Shown: piece after piece, positions 59,131-64,000 of the stretch | How the letters are laid out: every line of letters begins with the position of its first letter | How positions within the stretch are numbered: the first letter of the stretch is position 1 | DNA from: a virus | Lineage: Duplodnaviria > Heunggongvirae > Uroviricota > Caudoviricetes | Strand: one strand, 5' to 3' | IMG/VR virus record: IMGVR_UViG_3300021387_000463 | Coordinates: 43,001 to 107,000 of that record | DNA: 64,000 nt | Made by a program: the position numbers and the translations under genes | Notes under the pieces: generated by a model | Databases searched by the model: none | What the model was told of the DNA's origin: nothing | Seen by the model: the letters and a program-made list of their open reading frames with translations, nothing else

Positions 59131-60485
59131 AATTAAAAGGTAAGTGCTGCAAGGATATGAAGATATTCACAATGAACGTTGAGGAAACGGCATTGGCTCA
59201 GTTATATAGATTGATTGAGCATCCTGCATATACTGATAAGAAAATTAGGATTATGCCAGATGTACATGCTGGCAAAGGGATTTCCGTTGTAGGATTCTCT
59301 ATGCCTATAGATATAGAGCATGACTATATCTGTCCAGAATCCGTAGGTTGTGATATAGGCTGTACAATCTCTGCCACTTTCTTCGACAAGCCAATTGTTG
59401 AGGATAAGATGAAGGAGTTTGAGCACAAGATTCGTAAGGAGATTCCTTTCGGATTCAGCATCAACGATAAGTCAAAGATTGAGTGGAAGCGTATTGCAAA
59501 GGCTGTCAACTCAGCTATGGATAGATTGGTATCGCTTTATCCTAAGTTTGTGGACTATGCCATTTATTTCAATTCAGAAATGGATTTGGAGAAATGGTGT
59601 AAGCACGTTCACATTCCTTATGGTGATTTCATGAAGTCTATTGGCTCTGTGGGTGGTGGTAATCACTTTGTGGAGTATGATGCCAATGATGACCTTGGTA
59701 AGTATTGCATGTGCGTACACTGTGGCTCACGTAAGTTGGGTTTGGCAGTATTCAACTATTGGGATAAGATTGCAAGAAGCATGACAATCTCAAAGGAGGA
59801 AATGAAAGCACTTGAGAATAGTGTGAAGGAGAAGAACACAGATAGAACTAAGATGAAAGCAGAACTCGATGCTGCAAAGGAGGAGTACTTGTCAAAGAAG
59901 ATTCCTGGATATTTGAGTGACGAGCATCTTATGGGTTATCTTGTTGATGTGTTGATTGCTCAAGTATATGCAAAGTTGAATCACGAGGTCATCAATGAGC
60001 AGTTGATTGAGATTTATCGCAAGATGTCAGATGGCGGTAAGCCAATTGATTTCATTTCAACTACTCACAACTATATCGACTACGACTTTAAGGCATTGAT
60101 GGGTAAGCCTCATATGATGATTCGTAAGGGTTCTATCCGTGCCTATGAGGGTGAGCGTGTAATCATTCCATTCAACATGAGGGATGGCATCTCAATATGT
60201 GAGGGTAAATCAAACGAGGATTGGAACTTCACAGCCCCACACGGAGCTGGACGTTGTATGTCTCGTGATAAGGCTAATAAGACCTTGAACGTTGAGGATT
60301 TTCAGAAGCAGATGGCTGATGCTGGTATCTATACCACCACTGCTGACGAGAAAACATTGGATGAGGCTCCAGCTGCATACAAGCCAATGGATGAAATCGT
60401 TAAACTGATTGAGCCAACTGTTGATATTAAGTTCTTCATGAAGCCTAAGATGAACATCAAGGCAGCAGAGGATAAGAGAAGATGA
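59118..60485 (+). CDS. rtcB: RNA 2',3'-cyclic phosphate/5'-OH ligase RtcB
   Basis: MPDVHAGKG; VGCDIGC; GSVGGGNHF; VHCGSR; HNY; RKGS; HGAGR; DEAPAAYK. Confidence 0.95.
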   Translation: MDILELKGKCCKDMKIFTMNVEETALAQLYRLIEHPAYTDKKIRIMPDVHAGKGISVVGFSMPIDIEHDYICPESVGCDIGCTISATFFDKPIVEDKMKEFEHKIRKEIPFGFSINDKSKIEWKRIAKAVNSAMDRLVSLYPKFVDYAIYFNSEMDLEKWCKHVHIPYGDFMKSIGSVGGGNHFVEYDANDDLGKYCMCVHCGSRKLGLAVFNYWDKIARSMTISKEEMKALENSVKEKNTDRTKMKAELDAAKEEYLSKKIPGYLSDEHLMGYLVDVLIAQVYAKLNHEVINEQLIEIYRKMSDGGKPIDFISTTHNYIDYDFKALMGKPHMMIRKGSIRAYEGERVIIPFNMRDGISICEGKSNEDWNFTAPHGAGRCMSRDKANKTLNVEDFQKQMADAGIYTTTADEKTLDEAPAAYKPMDEIVKLIEPTVDIKFFMKPKMNIKAAEDKRR

Positions 60486-60557
60486 GGGCTAGTTTTACAT
60501 TAGTCCTCATTTTTTCTTTTAAAAATTTGGAATTTACGAAATTTAACTATATCTTTG
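60482..60557 (+). promoter_or_regulatory. Terminator followed by a promoter
   Basis: ATGAGGGCTA...TAGTCCTCAT plus a T-run; TTTG (60526)-N20-TATCTTTG (60550). Confidence 0.75.
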
Positions 60558-60578
60558 CACTGTTAAACAGATTTTAAC

Positions 60579-60833
60579 ATGACAAAGAATGAGTTAATAG
60601 AACTTCTAAAGGATAACAAATCAAACGAAAGGCATCACATTTCAGCAGCAGCATTAGCAAACATAATCAAGTTCGCCAATGTCTCATTAGAAATGGATAG
60701 TGACACCTTAGATTATTATTATGAGGTGGATATTGATGAATTGATTGGGTCTGAAATGCCAGAGGAAGAATATAAGGTCATGAAAGACCAAGGATGGAGC
60801 ATTAAAAAAAATAAACTATTAATCTATATTTAA
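60579..60833 (+). CDS. Hypothetical protein
   Basis: 84 aa, first gene after the promoter. Confidence 0.55.
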   Translation: MTKNELIELLKDNKSNERHHISAAALANIIKFANVSLEMDSDTLDYYYEVDIDELIGSEMPEEEYKVMKDQGWSIKKNKLLIYI

Positions 60834-60848
60834 ATAATTCGAATTATT

Positions 60849-61274
60849 ATGAGTGTTATTGTTAATTTTATCGGCAGATTAGGTGCTGATGCGGAGCTTA
60901 AGACCTCCAAGAACGGTAAGCAATACGTTGCCATGCGAGTAGCAACTGACGAGTTCAGAAATGGCGAGAAGAGTACTGCTTGGTTAAACGTCTCTTATTA
61001 CGCTGAAAAGGGCATTAAGATGCAAGAATTCTTGAAAAAGGGTAGTGCAGTTAGTGTTATCGGTGCAGAGACAGTTGGTACATATCAGAGTAAGAACGGT
61101 GAAACAATGGTTTCTAGAGACGTTATGGCTGATAGAGTTGATTTTGTTAATCTAGGTAAGTCTGGAGATACACAGTCAAATGATGCTGTAACAGAGACAG
61201 GAACATTTAAGCCAAAGGGTGAGGAAGTTGCAGTAGCAGCATCCACAAGTTCAGATGATGATTTACCATTCTAA
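60849..61274 (+). CDS. ssb: Single-stranded DNA-binding protein
   Basis: VNFIGRLGADAE OB-fold start; acidic DDDLPF tail. Confidence 0.92.
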   Translation: MSVIVNFIGRLGADAELKTSKNGKQYVAMRVATDEFRNGEKSTAWLNVSYYAEKGIKMQEFLKKGSAVSVIGAETVGTYQSKNGETMVSRDVMADRVDFVNLGKSGDTQSNDAVTETGTFKPKGEEVAVAASTSSDDDLPF

Positions 61275-61280
61275 CAAAAT

Positions 61281-61374
61281 TATCCACTCAAGCAGTACTT
61301 GGGTGGATATTTTTTGATGTTAACATTAATTATCATTTAAAATTTTGAATTCTCGAAAAAAGGATATATATTTG
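61281..61374 (+). promoter_or_regulatory. Terminator followed by a promoter
   Basis: TATCCACTCAAG-CAGTA-CTTGGGTGGATA plus a T-run; TTTG (61344)-N19-TATATTTG (61367). Confidence 0.7.
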
Positions 61375-61417
61375 CACAAATTTGATAAACATATTAATAA
61401 CTTAAAGTAGAATAGCA

Positions 61418-62713
61418 ATGGCAAAAGAAACAAAAACAACTATTGTTGAGGCTGACGTAACTGAGGTAAAGAAGCCTAGAGCTAAGAGAACTACTCGTAA
61501 ATCTCCAGTGCGTACAAGACGTGCTCTTGATGAGATTTCAGCAGAGGCAGAGGCAGAACTTACCAATGGTAGCACCTCACTGAAGCGTGTAGATGAGAGT
61601 GGTGAGATTAACACATCGAATCTTACTCCAGCTCGTAAGGCATACTACAAGGAGATTGCATCAGTTCTCAATGAGAAGGAAATGTCAACCATCACTAGCT
61701 ATGGCTCAGATTTGCAGAGAGCAATGAGTTCATATTCAAGTGATTTCCTTAAGCAGTCATTTGATTCCAAGGCTGGAATTGAATCAGCTCAGTTGATTTC
61801 AAACCTCTTGGGCGAGTTGCATGAGGTTGACATTAATGACCTTGAAGCACCTAACGCTGTTAAGAGATTCTTGAGACGTATTCCTGGACTTAAGAAGCTC
61901 GTTGTATCCGTTGAGCAGATTAAGGCTAAGTACAACACCATCGAGAAGAACATTGACGGTATTGTTAAGAAGCTTGAGGCAACACGTCAGATTGCCATTC
62001 GAGACAATAATCTCTTGCAGAAGCAGTTTGAGAATAACTGTGATTATGTAGACCAATTGGAAGACCTTATCGTAGCAGGTAAGATGAAGTCTGAGGAGCT
62101 TGGTACACTGATTGACGATATGAAATCACGCTCAAATGAGTATGAAGAGTATCAGATTAGTGACATCGAAGAGTACAAGAATGCTCTTGATAAGCGACTC
62201 ACTGACCTTATCGCCCTTCGTTATGCGTTTAAGCAGTCATTGACTCAGATTCGTATTATTCAGCGTACAAACATCATGCATGCTAATAACACTGAGTCTC
62301 AGATTGCTATGACAATTCCTCTTTGGAAGAATCAGTTGTCATTGGCTGTGGCATTGTATGACCAAAAGCAAGCCATTGAGATTGGTACAAAGGTAACTGA
62401 TACCACCAATGAGTTGTTCCGCAAGAACGCTGAAATGATGAAGGTGCAAGCTATCGAGGTTGCAAAGCAGAGTCAGCGTATGGTGCTTGATGTAGAGACC
62501 CTTCGTAAGTCAACACAAGAGCTTGTGGCTACCGTAGAGGGCGTACAGAAAGCTCAGAAGGAAGGTGCTGAGAAGCGTGCTGCTGCCGAGGCTGAAATTG
62601 CAAAACTTGAAAAGGAAATGCATATGAAAGCCATTGGCGTAGCCGAGTCTACACAGCGAGTTATCTCAAGTGAGCTTCGTGGTAAGAGAGACCAGAAGCT
62701 GCTTGACGAATAA
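61418..62713 (+). CDS. telA: Toxic anion resistance protein TelA/KlaA family
   Basis: ITSYGSDLQ...IKAKYNTIEKNIDGI...DNNLL...IRIIQRTN...AMTIPLWKNQL. Confidence 0.85.
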   Translation: MAKETKTTIVEADVTEVKKPRAKRTTRKSPVRTRRALDEISAEAEAELTNGSTSLKRVDESGEINTSNLTPARKAYYKEIASVLNEKEMSTITSYGSDLQRAMSSYSSDFLKQSFDSKAGIESAQLISNLLGELHEVDINDLEAPNAVKRFLRRIPGLKKLVVSVEQIKAKYNTIEKNIDGIVKKLEATRQIAIRDNNLLQKQFENNCDYVDQLEDLIVAGKMKSEELGTLIDDMKSRSNEYEEYQISDIEEYKNALDKRLTDLIALRYAFKQSLTQIRIIQRTNIMHANNTESQIAMTIPLWKNQLSLAVALYDQKQAIEIGTKVTDTTNELFRKNAEMMKVQAIEVAKQSQRMVLDVETLRKSTQELVATVEGVQKAQKEGAEKRAAAEAEIAKLEKEMHMKAIGVAESTQRVISSELRGKRDQKLLDE

Positions 62714-64000
62714 TGGACAAACTTTGGATTGTAACAGTTTGCGAAAATCATGAATATAAACAAGTTCCAATCGTCCTAAGTGACGATTGGCTTGTTTCTG
62801 AAGCATATGTTATGGATGGGTATGTACATCTTAAGAATGCTTTAGATGGAACAGAGATAAAAGTTAAATTATCTGATTTAGTTGATAACCCTATGGGAAA
62901 AATGATGAAGCCTATAACGTATACGAAATTATCGAATACATTAATTAACGGTATCTCCGATATGGTAGATGCCGACTTTATTCATGCAACAAAGAAAGTG
63001 AACGACTATTCTAACGCAGCAAGGAATAATGGTGGATATGTTGAAAACTTATTCTACCAACCAAAGGAAATGTTCGAGGCAGTTGATTTTAGTGATATGG
63101 GCATTGTCAACGAACCAGAGAACTTTGTTCCAAAATTTGTAAAAGGAGAGAAGTATGCCTTGAGTGGCGTATCTTGTGAGGGCTTTGAAATGCCTGAGAA
63201 GATATACGAGCTTGTTGGCATACATGATGAGTATGATGGTATTAACATCAACTCTGTTATTGTTAAGCAAGTTGGTGGATACCAAGACAAAATCTTCACT
63301 CTTTCAAAACATGACTGTGAATGCATGGGAATTGAGTATGAGAATGGCTTGCAGCTATTCCCCAAGCATCTTAGTTGGAGAAGGGTTAAGGAGATTGTAC
63401 CATTCGATAAGAGCAACTTAGGTACAACACCAGTTAGTGATATTGACAATACTGTTAGATACATCGTATTGAAATTGAATGGTTTTAAAGATTACTCTGA
63501 TGGTTATGTCGTAACACCAAGTGGCAAGTTAATTAAGGAAGAAAGATTTATTAAGTCCTTAAGGGTAACAAGTGACGAACCAATTGTGTATGAGAAGCCA
63601 AGTGGACAGTTCAAGAACGGACTATTGGTTCCAGCAAACACAAAGTTGGACGTTCAGATTGCATACCCAAGTGGACTGAACTATAATCACGGTAATTTCA
63701 TTTCTGAGGAAGATACCGTGTATATACTTATCAAACTCGTTAAAGAGGTCAACGACCCTACCGCAATTGATGGTAAGAGTGGTGTTGAGAGACCTTACCT
63801 AGATGGCTTTAACCCAAATGACCATTTCAAGATTGCTTGGGATGAATTGGGTGCTTATACCATTGAAGAGTATGAGGCTGAGAAAGCTAGAAAGGAAAAG
63901 GCTAGACGAGAGAGAATTGAGAGGGAAGAAAGAGAAAGACAGAAGAGAATAGCCGAGGAAGAGAAAAGAGTTAGAGAGAAGAGAAAACTTGTGGAGCAAG
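62713..64000 (+). CDS. Large hypothetical protein with a charged single-alpha-helix segment; runs off the window (missing from the ORF track)
   Basis: ATG at 62713 overlaps the telA stop; the frame stays open to the end (MDKLWIVTVCENHEY...EKARRERIEREERERQKR). Confidence 0.7.
   Translation, partial: MDKLWIVTVCENHEYKQVPIVLSDDWLVSEAYVMDGYVHLKNALDGTEIKVKLSDLVDNPMGKMMKPITYTKLSNTLINGISDMVDADFIHATKKVNDYSNAARNNGGYVENLFYQPKEMFEAVDFSDMGIVNEPENFVPKFVKGEKYALSGVSCEGFEMPEKIYELVGIHDEYDGININSVIVKQVGGYQDKIFTLSKHDCECMGIEYENGLQLFPKHLSWRRVKEIVPFDKSNLGTTPVSDIDNTVRYIVLKLNGFKDYSDGYVVTPSGKLIKEERFIKSLRVTSDEPIVYEKPSGQFKNGLLVPANTKLDVQIAYPSGLNYNHGNFISEEDTVYILIKLVKEVNDPTAIDGKSGVERPYLDGFNPNDHFKIAWDELGAYTIEEYEAEKARKEKARRERIEREERERQKRIAEEEKRVREKRKLVEQ

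Noticed and set aside
57360-59350. Group I intron splitting rtcB
   Set aside because: The downstream copy has its own complete N-terminus. I found no internal guide sequence pairing with the putative 5' exon, no P7-like core and no terminal G before a matching exon 2.
39583-60485. Inteins in DnaK, TyrRS, NadE or RtcB
   Set aside because: Lengths are normal and there are no C/S...HN-C/S/T splice motifs.
288-63999. Many short antisense or off-frame ORFs in the track (for example 40104..40859, 29954..30463, 42707..43363)
   Set aside because: They lie wholly opposite or within well-supported genes, lack start contexts and motifs, and are explained as codon-bias shadows.
1-64000. Stop-codon recoding (TAG to Gln, as in Lak megaphages)
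   Set aside because: ORFs up to 2310 aa are intact in code 11. TAG ends several genes, and in the paralogue pair 38872/39152 TAG aligns with TAA.
1-64000. tRNA, rRNA or CRISPR arrays
   Set aside because: Intergenic gaps are short and explained by terminators and promoters. No cloverleaf with a T-loop, and no regularly spaced direct repeats, were seen.

Overview
This is a 64 kb slice of a large (jumbo-type) contractile-tailed phage that infects a Bacteroidota host, probably a gut Prevotella/Bacteroides relative. It is read in the standard genetic code. Host evidence: about ten TTTG-N19/20-TAnnTTTG promoters, AT-rich start contexts without Shine-Dalgarno sites, BACON-like domains, and Bacteroidota-type sigma, TyrRS and SSB. 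Positions 1-33.6 kb are a late structural block: gp25-like and gp6-like baseplate proteins, several 800-2300 aa baseplate/tail proteins, Cys-rich BACON-like proteins and a tail fibre with an S74 chaperone. It is interrupted by two minus-strand nuclease genes. Positions 33.7-64 kb are an early/accessory block punctuated by a recurring terminator-promoter cassette. It encodes two PD-(D/E)XK nucleases, PTP and HAD phosphatases, DnaK, DnaJ, an AAA+ ATPase, a macrodomain, IF3, a sigma-70 factor, an HTH protein with head-protein-like signals, a DUF2828 Ro60-like vWA protein, TyrRS, NadE, a radical SAM enzyme, RtcB (full copy plus a truncated second allele), SSB and TelA. There are three free-standing homing endonucleases plus one GIY-YIG chimera. 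Best leads: (i) a possible repair/replenish counter-defence set (NadE, macrodomain, RtcB, Ro60-like, TyrRS); (ii) apparent absence of GATC alongside a phage restriction-endonuclease-like gene; (iii) a GIY-YIG nuclease fused to a truncated prohead-protease fragment; (iv) mobile terminator-promoter cassettes; (v) a candidate injected DNA-binding head protein. All family calls come from motif recognition by eye, not database searches. No tRNA, rRNA, CRISPR array or intein was found.
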